From Escherichia phage PGN6866: a stretch of DNA of 64,000 nucleotides. The notes beneath the pieces were generated by a model, which did no database searches, had not been told where the DNA came from, and worked only from the letters and a program-made list of their open reading frames with translations. Where the stretch lies: the sequence record MT127620, one strand, 5' to 3'. A program made the translations under genes and the position numbers. This document shows positions 19,646 through 29,362 of this stretch, one piece after another (position 1 is the first letter of the stretch; the number at the start of each line of letters is the position of its first letter).

Positions 19646-21826
19646 ATGTCTAGAGAATTAATGCCCAAATCTGGTATAATGATGCCTCATGTGGTTGTAA
19701 CCAGAGATGCGGCTGTTGTTGGTGTTTCTACCGTAGATGGACAGGCAGGGGCTATTGACCTCACTGGAAAATATCTACAGAAAACCGACGCAGCTGCTAC
19801 ATACCAAACTAAAACAGAAGGTGCATCTAAAGATTTTGTGCTGGATTCAATTCAACCTATTATGTCTGGTGCTTTGTTCCGAGAAGACCCTTGGGTTGTT
19901 AACGATACCCCCTTCCGCTCTACTGGTGCTAATGGTGTAGAGTCTGTGGATATGATGAAAGTTACTACTGATAACTCAATTAAGATTGGTAGTTATGCCT
20001 CTTCAGTTCAAGGTGTAGAGATTCATTCTGCTGGTCGTCTTCAGGTTGTTGACCAGAATGACTCTGGAGTAGAAACTAAGTATCCTGTTTATTCTAAACG
20101 TTATCGTCCTGAGGTTGAGGATTTGCCTTTTGCTGCAATTGGTTCTTATGTTAAAGATTCCAAAGGTCGTACTGTTGGCGTAAGTCGTACTGGTATTAAC
20201 TCTGATATCAAACAGCTCACACAGAAAGTTACTTTCACTCAACCAGTAACTATTCCTGATGCAGTTGGTGATTATGATGCAGTCACTTTGAGACAACTTC
20301 GTAATAGTGGTGGCGGTTCTGGCGGTCCTACAATGAGTGGTATTTCTAACTTTGGTATTGGTGATTTCCACTTACGTGATAGTCGAGCTTTCATTCCAGC
20401 TTTCGAAGTGGTATCTGATGGTCAACTTTTAAACCGTGCCGATTACCCAGACCTTTGGGCTTACGCACAACTGTTGTCACCTATCGAAGATTCAGAATGG
20501 GTAAGTAACATCTACCAACGTGGTAAATACTCTAAAGGTAATGGCACAACTACTTTCCGTGTCCCTGACAGAAACGGTGTACAATCTGGTTCTATTCAAG
20601 GTCTTTTCGGGAGGGGTGATGCTGGTTCTTCTGGTAGCAATGGGGTTGTATCAGATTCTGGTGCACCAAATATCACATACGCATCTCCTCATACAATGGT
20701 AACTCTCGCCTCTGCTCCTGGGCAAGTGGCAACTAATGGGGCAATCCAATCTATCACTTCTACAGATGACGTTGCTCCTGTTGGCGCAGGAGGTAAATAT
20801 ATATCCACAAACTTTGATGCATCGCGTTCTAGCTCTATCTATGGTCGCTCTCCTTCTGAGATAGTTCCTCGTAACTTTATTGGTGTTTGGACTATCCGTG
20901 CACACGGTGGATTTACTGCTGCTAATACTTCTTGGTCTGTTATTAATAGTGACTCGACAGAACCTGCATCCGGAACGGTTGTCAGGGGTGGTAGTGTCAA
21001 ATCTGAATATAAGATTGGTACAAGCCTAAGGTATCAAGCATATCTTCAGGCATATGGGAGAATTGGTGGGTTGGCGTCTGAACAAGGCGCTGTGGTATCC
21101 AATGGGGTGCAAGAATGGTCATTCAACCAAGCTGGTACTTTGTACTTCCCAAGCGCAGAGATTCAGATTGGCACACTACGGCCTGATGGCGCATTACATA
21201 TTAACGCATACGTCAGACCGAATGATGTCGTTGTACAACCATTAAACTCTGTTGGGGTCGCAGCTTCAGAAAGAAACGCCATCAGGATGATAAACTACGC
21301 GAATGTGCCGGAAGGAGGTTATATAAACTCCGTTGGCGGCGACTGGTATGACGGGAATTGGTTACTTGGCGGAGTCAGAAGTGGCACAACAGCATTAGAC
21401 CGCGTGCAGATTAACGTCTCTGATGGGCTTGGTAGTGGTGCCTCATACTTATTTGGATCTGATGGTATAGCAAGATGCCAAGAATGGAGAAGTACATCTG
21501 ATGAACGAGTTAAAAGCAATATTGAGCGCATCAGTGACCCACTCTCTAAGATGAAGAATATCAAGGGGGTTTCATGGGTTCTGGAAACCAATGGCTCAAC
21601 AGGGTATGGATTCATCGCACAGGACGTAGAGAAGGATTTTCCTGAAGCTGTATCAGAAACAAAGGCTTCACCAGTCACTCTGCGAGATGGGTCTGTGTTG
21701 GATAACGTAAAGTCGGTTAACACCACGGGCGTTGCTGCTGCGTTGCACCATGAAGCTATTCTTGAACTCATGAAGCAGATTGAAGAGCTTAAGAAAGAGG
21801 TGTCAGAGCTTAAGTCTAGTAAGTAA
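19646..21826 (+). CDS. tail fibre/spike with C-terminal intramolecular chaperone (peptidase S74-like) domain
   Basis: 726 aa; C-terminus SDERVKSNIERISDPL...GFIAQDVEKDFPEAV...LELMKQIEELKKEVSELK. Confidence 0.7.
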   Translation: MSRELMPKSGIMMPHVVVTRDAAVVGVSTVDGQAGAIDLTGKYLQKTDAAATYQTKTEGASKDFVLDSIQPIMSGALFREDPWVVNDTPFRSTGANGVESVDMMKVTTDNSIKIGSYASSVQGVEIHSAGRLQVVDQNDSGVETKYPVYSKRYRPEVEDLPFAAIGSYVKDSKGRTVGVSRTGINSDIKQLTQKVTFTQPVTIPDAVGDYDAVTLRQLRNSGGGSGGPTMSGISNFGIGDFHLRDSRAFIPAFEVVSDGQLLNRADYPDLWAYAQLLSPIEDSEWVSNIYQRGKYSKGNGTTTFRVPDRNGVQSGSIQGLFGRGDAGSSGSNGVVSDSGAPNITYASPHTMVTLASAPGQVATNGAIQSITSTDDVAPVGAGGKYISTNFDASRSSSIYGRSPSEIVPRNFIGVWTIRAHGGFTAANTSWSVINSDSTEPASGTVVRGGSVKSEYKIGTSLRYQAYLQAYGRIGGLASEQGAVVSNGVQEWSFNQAGTLYFPSAEIQIGTLRPDGALHINAYVRPNDVVVQPLNSVGVAASERNAIRMINYANVPEGGYINSVGGDWYDGNWLLGGVRSGTTALDRVQINVSDGLGSGASYLFGSDGIARCQEWRSTSDERVKSNIERISDPLSKMKNIKGVSWVLETNGSTGYGFIAQDVEKDFPEAVSETKASPVTLRDGSVLDNVKSVNTTGVAAALHHEAILELMKQIEELKKEVSELKSSK

Positions 21827-21832
21827 TCTAGT

Positions 21833-21850
21833 AGCCCCTTCGGGGGCTTT
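21833..21850 (+). other. GC hairpin with UUCG loop
   Basis: AGCCCC-TTCG-GGGGCT, not followed by a T-run. Confidence 0.35.
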
Positions 21851-21920
21851 AGTAGTGAGTACCCTTAGTAAGTAATGAAACTAATATATCCCAAGAGGTT
21901 AATATATAGGAGACACTCAA

Positions 21921-22139
21921 ATGAAAATGATGAAACAAGCTGCATACGGTTTAATATGTTTAGGCGCAGGTGTTGTGGTGTCGACCGCAGTTCCTGTAGG
22001 CGCAGTTCATCCATTAGTAACTGTCCCTGCTCCAGTAGAGAAGCTTAGTTCTCAATGTAAGCAGAGAACAATTCAAAATAACTTAGTTGTTATTTGCCCT
22101 GATGCTGAATCTAACGCTCTGAGAAAGATACTACCTTAA
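21921..22139 (+). CDS. small membrane/secreted protein (holin or signal-anchored candidate)
   Basis: 72 aa, one N-terminal hydrophobic segment, directly upstream of lysozyme. Confidence 0.35.
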   Translation: MKMMKQAAYGLICLGAGVVVSTAVPVGAVHPLVTVPAPVEKLSSQCKQRTIQNNLVVICPDAESNALRKILP

Positions 22140-22168
22140 TTTAAAGGGACTACAAAAGGAGGTTAGAA

Positions 22169-22660
22169 ATGGATAACGTCGCATTGCCACCTGTACAACT
22201 AAACTTAAGCCCAGCGGGAATGGAATTCATCATGAAGCATGAGGGTATGAGAACCAAGGCTTATAAAGATTCCGCAGGTATCTGGACTATATGTGTAGGG
22301 GCTACGCGCGATATGAATGGTTATCCGGTTAGACAAGGATTAACGTATTCTATAGAGGATTGTCTAGCTCTGCTAGATAGAGACACACAAGACTCTGTTC
22401 GTGCTACTCAGAAGAACATAAAGGTTCCTTTACTAGTTCATGAGTTTGATGCACTCACTTCTTTCAACTTCAACGTTGGCAGTGGGGCTTTGAGCACATC
22501 TAAGTTAAGGAAGGTAATCAATGGAGATGTTAAGGGGGATGTTTATTCCGAATTTCTTCGTTGGGATAAAATAACGGTCAAGGGAGAGAAGCAGAGAAGT
22601 CAGGGTCTTCATAATAGAAGAGTTGCAGAAGCTAATCTTTACACCGAAGGTAAATATTAA
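22169..22660 (+). CDS. lysozyme (glycoside hydrolase family 24-like)
   Basis: 163 aa; MKHEGMRTKAYKDSAGIWTICVGAT and FNVGSGAL motifs. Confidence 0.8.
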   Translation: MDNVALPPVQLNLSPAGMEFIMKHEGMRTKAYKDSAGIWTICVGATRDMNGYPVRQGLTYSIEDCLALLDRDTQDSVRATQKNIKVPLLVHEFDALTSFNFNVGSGALSTSKLRKVINGDVKGDVYSEFLRWDKITVKGEKQRSQGLHNRRVAEANLYTEGKY

Positions 22661-22672
22661 TGGAGGTGCCTT

Positions 22673-23476
22673 TTGGCTATCGAAACTAATGCGGTAGTTA
22701 TTACCGACTTAAACCCGCTCTATCCTAGAGACAGGGATTACATCTACGAAGGGGCGGCTCAAATCCGCCTCATTAAACAAACGTTACAGAACACGTTCCC
22801 CAATGTTACAGAGCCAGTTGATATAGATTCTGACACATTTAAGATTATGTCAGAGAAGCTCAAGTTTACTGGTGATGCAATGGATGTTGGTGGTCTAATG
22901 ATTAAGAACGTTACTCCGGGAACTGGTGACAAGGATGTTGTTACTAAAGGCCAGATGGAAGCGTTCATGAAGAACTGGATGGAAAACAAGGTATTCCGTA
23001 TTGGTGCTTACTACATCACTGAAGAAGATATTAATCCCGGTGATTCCATCTCCTTAGGGTTTGGCTCTTGGGCTAAAGTGACTGGTGTCATTATGGGTAC
23101 TGGTGTAGTAAACCCTGATGGAACTGTTCCTAATGCTCAGAGGGTTGAGTTCCAAGCAGGTGGTACTGGTGGTCGTGTTTTCAATACCATTCGAACAGAG
23201 AACGTACCTTTGATGACAGTTAATGGCTCCAGCTTCTCTCTATCCAGTAACACTCACAGCCACAATATGGTATTTGGTCGTGGAGATGCTAGTGGTCATA
23301 ACAGCTCACCAAACTGGTATAGCCCGGGTGGTGGTTACAGCCAGAGAACTGATAATGACACACACACTCATACAATCTCTGGTAGTGTAAGTCTTGGTCG
23401 TGATGATATCTCTCGTCAACCTATTAACACTTTGCCACCATTCAGAGCAGCTCACATTTGGAGACGTATTAGCTAA
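22673..23476 (+). CDS. tail fibre-like protein
   Basis: 267 aa, TTG start after GGAGGTG; Gly/Ser/Thr-rich C-terminus. Confidence 0.4.
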   Translation: MAIETNAVVITDLNPLYPRDRDYIYEGAAQIRLIKQTLQNTFPNVTEPVDIDSDTFKIMSEKLKFTGDAMDVGGLMIKNVTPGTGDKDVVTKGQMEAFMKNWMENKVFRIGAYYITEEDINPGDSISLGFGSWAKVTGVIMGTGVVNPDGTVPNAQRVEFQAGGTGGRVFNTIRTENVPLMTVNGSSFSLSSNTHSHNMVFGRGDASGHNSSPNWYSPGGGYSQRTDNDTHTHTISGSVSLGRDDISRQPINTLPPFRAAHIWRRIS

Positions 23477-23485
23477 GGAGGAATT

Positions 23486-26400
23486 ATGGCGCTGTATCCA
23501 ATAAAGTCACTAGGTGCTGTAGGCGTTATCGCTGACCAGGCTCCGACAGACTTAGCTCCTAATGCTTTCACTAATGCTATAAATGCTCGATTTGTTGAGC
23601 AGAGAGTATTTAAGACGGGGGGCAATGCCCCTCTTTCTTATGTAGATGAAGATAAGGATTTAACCCCTCTGTCTTTCGTTTCTATGCCTTTCGATTATTA
23701 TAGCGCAGGTAATAGCTTTCTTGTTGTAGGTACTAATAAGAAGTTATATAAACTGACAGATGAAAGCTTGACTGATATTAGCCGTAAGGTTGCTACAGTC
23801 ACTAAGAAGGCTTCTGCCTCAATTAAGATTTATCCAGTTGTTTCTCAGATCGTTCCTAAAGAATCAACTATCTCAATGAACTTCAATCAGACCAAGAATC
23901 TAGAGGTTTCTCTTCTCCCTGCTGATGCTAACAATACTGATCTTATTTGGGAGGTTAGTAACTCATCCTATGGAAGTATTACGGTAGACCCTAGTGACTC
24001 TAAACTTGCTACTCTAACATCTTTTGAGAAAGAGGGTAATCTTGTAGTAACTATCTCTACTGCCAATGAGTCCGTAGTGGCTCAGATTGCTGTTAATATC
24101 ATCGATGGTGATTCAGGCATCTTCTTGAGTCAAGACACTGTTACAATTCGTAAAGGAGGGACTACTACCCTCACGGCTGTTACTGGCAAGACTCCTGTAA
24201 CTTGGTCCAGCAATAACGCTTCTATTGTATCTGTAACCCCTAACGCCAACTCTTTAACTGCTGTCATTACAGCGAATGGAGAAGGTAATGTAACAATCAC
24301 TGCTGACAACGGAACTAAGACTGCTTCTTGTGAGATTGTTTCTATCCCTCAGATTGATAGTATCTCTTTAAGCCAGTCAGATGTTACTGTGAGTAGAGGT
24401 TCTCAGTACATCTTAACTGCTACCCTTTCTCCTGCTAACGCCCCTAATCAAAATATTACTTGGACCTCTTCTAATCCAAATATTGCAACAGTATCAGGGA
24501 CTAGTACACAAGGGACGATCAACGCTCTACTTGCTGGTTTTACTGAGATTACAGCTACCACTGAAGAAGGTAACAGAGTTGCTGTCTGTACTGTACGTGT
24601 GGATTTAGCTGGAAGGACAATGAGAACAAGTGCTATGGCATTTGCCGCTCCTGTGTCAGAGTCGGTAGAAACTCAAGAGGAAGAAGTAGTAACTCCTCCT
24701 GAAAGTGAAGAGACGGTTTATTTTGCTGAGCCTACATCCGGTATAGATACGTCAGGGATGTATGAAGGTAACAACTTCTACGACTACTCTAACGTAAACG
24801 ATATTGAAGGTTTTGCAAGAGCTTCTTTACTAGCAACTCCTTTGTCATCCGTAACTTTAGATGTTGTCAGCGCCTCTCTCGATGTTGGTGAGGAAATAGT
24901 TATCACAGCTACAGCTTCTCCAGAAGGTGATTATTCTTATCAGTGGTCTGTTGATAAGACTGGTTATGTTTCTACAACTTCAGTTACTGGTAAATCTATT
25001 AAACTGGTTGCTCTTCGTAAAGGAGAGATTAATGTAACATGTACTGTCAGCCAAATGACTCAGAAGGATTACGATGCTTTTGATGACTACCCTTGGTATC
25101 ACGCTGTTATCTCTAACTGTGCAGTTGCTACAACTCACTATGAAACTCCTCAGGTAAAAGAATTCGAATCAGAATACTTTGTAGACCTTCCGGGATGGGG
25201 TGAGCAAACAGTTGTTGATAATGATGGAAACCCTTCAGTCAAGAAGTTTAACTGGAAATGTGAGAGAGTAAGATCTTTTAACAACCGTCTTTTTGCTCTG
25301 AATATGAGAGAGGCTAATGCTTCTGGTGTTACCACTAACTACCCGCTTCGTCTTCGTTGGTCTAACTTTGCCAATGAGAACAAGGCTCCTACACTGTGGG
25401 ACGACTTTGCCTATGATCGAGTTGTGTCTTCGGACTTAGCTTCTAACATCGTAGGGCAGACTCAGGCTCTAGAGAATGGATATGCTGGTTACATTGACCT
25501 AGCCGATTCTAATGGTAGCTTGATTGATATCCTACCTCTTAAAGACTACTTGTTCGTTTATACAGAGTTTGAAACGTATATTGGTTCTCCGACTAATAAC
25601 ACGTACCAACCTCTAATGTTCAAGAAGCTCTTTAACGACTCTGGTATCCTTGCTCCTGAGTGTGTGGTTGAAGTAGAAGGTAGCCACTTCGTAGTTACTC
25701 AGAATGATGTAATCTTACACAACGGTGCAACCAAGAAGTCAATTGCATCTAACCGTGTCAAGAACATGCTGATTAACGAGGTGTGTCTGGTTAATCCTCT
25801 AGCAACTCGAGTACACTTGCATCAGGATAAGAAAGAAGTTTGGGTTCTGTACGTAGGTCCGGGAGAACCAAAAGAAAGCTTCGCTTGTACTAAAGCTGCT
25901 GTATGGAATTATGAGTTTGATACTTGGTCTTTCCGTACTATCCCATATGCTCAGTGTATTGGTCTGGTTGATCCTCCTGTTTTAGAAAGAGGTCCAATCT
26001 GGTCTGACTTCCAAGAAATCACTTGGGATGACCCATCTATTAAAGAACTCGTTTGGAGAAAGGATGCAACAAACTTTAGACAGAGGGTTACGATAGTAGG
26101 TTCATTCTTGAAGGGATTCTATCAAGTGGATGTAGGTGCTCTTGATTATTTCTATGACAGGCTAAACGATGTTGTTATAGAGAAGCCTCTGGAAATGAGG
26201 TTGGAGAGGACTGGTATAGATTTTGATAATGTGACGAATGAGTGGAATCAGAAGCATATTAACAGGTTCCGACCTCAGACAACTGGCTCAGGTACTTACA
26301 TATTTGAAGCTGGTGGTAGTCAATTCTCAAATGAATATGGACACCCACACACATCTAAGACATATACGATCGGTGTTGACAGGCATGTCTCGGTGAGACT

Positions 26401-26503
26401 GAACCATCCATACCTTTTCTATAATGTTATAGATAATGATGTTAACAGTAATGCTGCTATCAATGGTTTAACGATAGAGTTTGCTGTTGGCGGGCGGAGA
26501 TAA
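23486..26503 (+). CDS. large virion protein with tandem Big_2-type Ig-like domains
   Basis: 1005 aa; at least three Big_2-like repeats between residues about 110 and 370. Confidence 0.5.
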   Translation: MALYPIKSLGAVGVIADQAPTDLAPNAFTNAINARFVEQRVFKTGGNAPLSYVDEDKDLTPLSFVSMPFDYYSAGNSFLVVGTNKKLYKLTDESLTDISRKVATVTKKASASIKIYPVVSQIVPKESTISMNFNQTKNLEVSLLPADANNTDLIWEVSNSSYGSITVDPSDSKLATLTSFEKEGNLVVTISTANESVVAQIAVNIIDGDSGIFLSQDTVTIRKGGTTTLTAVTGKTPVTWSSNNASIVSVTPNANSLTAVITANGEGNVTITADNGTKTASCEIVSIPQIDSISLSQSDVTVSRGSQYILTATLSPANAPNQNITWTSSNPNIATVSGTSTQGTINALLAGFTEITATTEEGNRVAVCTVRVDLAGRTMRTSAMAFAAPVSESVETQEEEVVTPPESEETVYFAEPTSGIDTSGMYEGNNFYDYSNVNDIEGFARASLLATPLSSVTLDVVSASLDVGEEIVITATASPEGDYSYQWSVDKTGYVSTTSVTGKSIKLVALRKGEINVTCTVSQMTQKDYDAFDDYPWYHAVISNCAVATTHYETPQVKEFESEYFVDLPGWGEQTVVDNDGNPSVKKFNWKCERVRSFNNRLFALNMREANASGVTTNYPLRLRWSNFANENKAPTLWDDFAYDRVVSSDLASNIVGQTQALENGYAGYIDLADSNGSLIDILPLKDYLFVYTEFETYIGSPTNNTYQPLMFKKLFNDSGILAPECVVEVEGSHFVVTQNDVILHNGATKKSIASNRVKNMLINEVCLVNPLATRVHLHQDKKEVWVLYVGPGEPKESFACTKAAVWNYEFDTWSFRTIPYAQCIGLVDPPVLERGPIWSDFQEITWDDPSIKELVWRKDATNFRQRVTIVGSFLKGFYQVDVGALDYFYDRLNDVVIEKPLEMRLERTGIDFDNVTNEWNQKHINRFRPQTTGSGTYIFEAGGSQFSNEYGHPHTSKTYTIGVDRHVSVRLNHPYLFYNVIDNDVNSNAAINGLTIEFAVGGRR

Positions 26504-26507
26504 CAAC

Positions 26508-26535
26508 AAGGGGCTTCGTGCCCCTTTTATTGTTT
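26508..26535 (+). terminator. rho-independent terminator
   Basis: AAGGGGC-TTCGT-GCCCCTT followed by TTATTGTTTT. Confidence 0.5.
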
Positions 26536-26546
26536 TGGAGGAACTT

Positions 26547-27515
26547 ATGGGTGCAGGTGGTTTTCGTAAGAACACTGGTCGCAATAACACCACACTCCCG
26601 TACAACGTTGGGTTTCTCAATAATGTACAGGACACAGAAACATATAACGTAGCCGTATATGATGAGCTACAAAAAGTCAGTACAGCTACTAACCAAATGT
26701 TCCAAGCTATAGATGAAATTCACGAAGAGATTGATGTTCGTATTAAAGCTCTTAATGCAATGAATCTACAATTTGATGAGCTTGAGAATAGAATTACTAC
26801 AGAGATAGAAACAGCTATTGCAGATATCCAAACCCAGATGGGGAACCTGTCCACTGAGGACATTTGGGATAATTCTGTTCAACCTCCTGTGAAGCTGGAA
26901 AGCACTGTATCTGGTTTTAAGACCAGCATCGAAGGTAACACAACTAAAATTCAGACAGTAGAAGGTATTGTTAATGATCAAGGTCAAGAGATTGCTCTTG
27001 TTCAGACAGAACTACAAAATATCAACGGAAGCCTTTCTCAGTATATGAAACTCTCTGAGTATGAAGCTACGTGGGGTATTAACTCTACAGTCAACGGAAG
27101 ATATGCTGGGGTCAAGTTAACTAATAATGGTACAAACAGTCAATTCCAAGTAACAGCTAACAAATTTATTGTTGGTGATGGTAGCTCTGGGAATACTCCC
27201 TTCGTGTTTGAGGGTGGGCGAGCTAGGATGGAATTTGCTGATATAAAGAATGTCAATATCACAACAGCTCAGATTGCTAACGCTAGAATCCAATGGGCAC
27301 AGATCGATAACGTATCCATCTCCAATGCTCAGATTCAGAACTTGTCAGCGGATAAGATTACTGCTGGCTCTATGTGGGGTTCTAACTGGAGACTTACTGT
27401 TGGTGGGGACTTTGTTATGGGTGGCACAGGTGGGGCACAATTGTGGATGAATGGTAACAGAATAGACTTCTACGATGGAAGCGGTGCTCTGAGAATCAGG
27501 ATAGGGAGTTGGTAA
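26547..27515 (+). CDS. virion-associated protein with coiled-coil N-terminus
   Basis: ATG at 26547 after GGAGG; track start 26481 would run through the terminator hairpin. Confidence 0.45.
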   Translation: MGAGGFRKNTGRNNTTLPYNVGFLNNVQDTETYNVAVYDELQKVSTATNQMFQAIDEIHEEIDVRIKALNAMNLQFDELENRITTEIETAIADIQTQMGNLSTEDIWDNSVQPPVKLESTVSGFKTSIEGNTTKIQTVEGIVNDQGQEIALVQTELQNINGSLSQYMKLSEYEATWGINSTVNGRYAGVKLTNNGTNSQFQVTANKFIVGDGSSGNTPFVFEGGRARMEFADIKNVNITTAQIANARIQWAQIDNVSISNAQIQNLSADKITAGSMWGSNWRLTVGGDFVMGGTGGAQLWMNGNRIDFYDGSGALRIRIGSW

Positions 27516-27516
27516 T

Positions 27517-28548
27517 ATGGCATACGGAATATGGACACAACCAGTAGGGCCGGGGCCAGCAACCCCCGCTCCCTTATTTATTGATAGCGGAAGCACTTTC
27601 CCTCAGTTCAAGAATAGTATAAGAGGGAGTTTTAACTTTAATGGGGCTGGGAGATCTTTCCCTATTAGTGGATGGGATGGCAGTGGTCAGATAGTTATTG
27701 TTCCTACCGGTTCTTTATGCTGGCAATGGGAAGTCCCTCCTAACCTAGTTCCTGATGTTTATTGTGTGAATAATATCTACGTAGAAAACAGTTCCTCTTT
27801 TAGAGTTACTCTGAATCAGAACCCCGGCAGTAACCCCTTGTTTGACTGTGGGTTCAACGTATATCAAATATGGCCTAGAGCGGATAGGAATTACGGAATT
27901 ACCTTTTCTAATACAGCAGACTACTTCTCGATATCTGATAGTGGGGTCGTCGGTCAATGTATTTGGGCTTGGCAGGGGACCATAAACAATGCCCTTCAGA
28001 TACCAAATATCGGTGGGTTCAATATGACCAATGCTGTTGTGTTTGCTAATTGGTCTGATGGAGGGATAGGACTATCTTATACTTCTGATGACAGGGTTAT
28101 TCGTGTTTATCAGAACAGACCTTACATAAACGGCAACACTAATGAGGGTGGTTCTGTGTTTGCTAGAGTTGCAGTATTCTGCAATGGAGCAGGAGTTCCG
28201 GAACATAATGGAGGTTTGAATATTTACTCTCCGGGTACCACGCAATGTGTCTTCTCTACTAACAGAACACCTTTCACTGTTGATACTTTTATAGGCTCAG
28301 GAGGTGGTAACACAGGAATGGCATACCCTATGATACCTCTTACCTCTGGAATAGGTGCGATAAAAGGCCAAGGCAGTGGATGGAGATATCAGCAAATGAG
28401 ATCTCACACAATGAGTGGTTCTACGATAGGAACGGGCTATGGAAGGTATTTATTTCAGTGGGATCAGAATTACGACCTAGGAGCTGATACTGTAGTTAAT
28501 TTATCAGTTCCTGTAATAAATGCAGCTAAGGTTTTTGCTGGACTATAA
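27517..28548 (+). CDS. virion-associated protein
   Basis: 343 aa, Gly/Asn-rich, coupled to upstream gene. Confidence 0.4.
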   Translation: MAYGIWTQPVGPGPATPAPLFIDSGSTFPQFKNSIRGSFNFNGAGRSFPISGWDGSGQIVIVPTGSLCWQWEVPPNLVPDVYCVNNIYVENSSSFRVTLNQNPGSNPLFDCGFNVYQIWPRADRNYGITFSNTADYFSISDSGVVGQCIWAWQGTINNALQIPNIGGFNMTNAVVFANWSDGGIGLSYTSDDRVIRVYQNRPYINGNTNEGGSVFARVAVFCNGAGVPEHNGGLNIYSPGTTQCVFSTNRTPFTVDTFIGSGGGNTGMAYPMIPLTSGIGAIKGQGSGWRYQQMRSHTMSGSTIGTGYGRYLFQWDQNYDLGADTVVNLSVPVINAAKVFAGL

Positions 28549-28560
28549 CAAGGAGATATT

Positions 28561-29343
28561 ATGGCAATTAGAATGGGTATCGAAGAACTAGACCCAATGG
28601 TACAGCAAGCTTCAAAGAAGTATGGGATTCCTGCTGCTTTGATTCATGCTGTAATCCAAAGGGAGTCTAGTGGTCGTCCTACAGTGGCTTCTGGAACTGG
28701 TCCTGTAGGTTTAATGCAGATCAGTAAAGGGTTGGCTAAAGATTACGGTTACAAACTAGAAGACAGACTTGACCCAGCAAAGAATATTGATATGGGTGCT
28801 CGTTATATTAGAGATAACTTAAAAGCTTTTAATGGTGATGTTAAGAAAGCAATGGTTGGTTATTCAGAAGGTATCGGCGGAGCTAAGCAAATGTTCGCTG
28901 GTAAAAAGGGATTTACACCTCAAGCTCTTGACTCCATGAACAATAAACACTTTCTTCCTTTCTATGGTGATGCAGCTTCTCAGATTGCTAACCCTGTTGG
29001 AGCTTTGCAAGCTGTTCAACCAGTCAATCAGTTTAGTTCTGACTTACTAGACAGAGAGAAAGCCGCACAAGCTCCAACTCAGGCAGAGATTGCTGCTTCT
29101 AAGACAGGTGCTTTAGGCGGAAATCCAGTAGAGTTTTACTCTGATGAAGTGCAGGAAGGTGAAAACCAGAAGCCTCAACAGAACTTTGGTAATGCAGTAT
29201 TAGGGGTAGCTGCTATGCTTGCTGGCAAACCTCCCACCTCTCAAACAGTTCAGAGGGCAAGTGCACCACATGCAGCAGGTTCTCAGTACAGTCCACAAAC
29301 ACAAGCAGTGCTCAGACGTTTAGCTAGCATTGGTGTAAAGTAA
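28561..29343 (+). CDS. lytic transglycosylase (SLT) domain virion protein
   Basis: 260 aa; IHAVIQRESSGRP...GLMQI SLT catalytic motif. Confidence 0.6.
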   Translation: MAIRMGIEELDPMVQQASKKYGIPAALIHAVIQRESSGRPTVASGTGPVGLMQISKGLAKDYGYKLEDRLDPAKNIDMGARYIRDNLKAFNGDVKKAMVGYSEGIGGAKQMFAGKKGFTPQALDSMNNKHFLPFYGDAASQIANPVGALQAVQPVNQFSSDLLDREKAAQAPTQAEIAASKTGALGGNPVEFYSDEVQEGENQKPQQNFGNAVLGVAAMLAGKPPTSQTVQRASAPHAAGSQYSPQTQAVLRRLASIGVK

Positions 29344-29362
29344 TAATCTTTAAGGAGGACTT

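Noticed and set aside
18000-21771. Minus-strand ORFs inside tail-fibre genes (18000..18191, 18148..18627, 18624..18995, 19056..19319, 20003..20371, 20651..20905, 21319..21771) and plus ORFs 19737..19940, 20520..20702, 21054..21245
   Set aside because: Antisense or out-of-frame within long well-supported structural genes.
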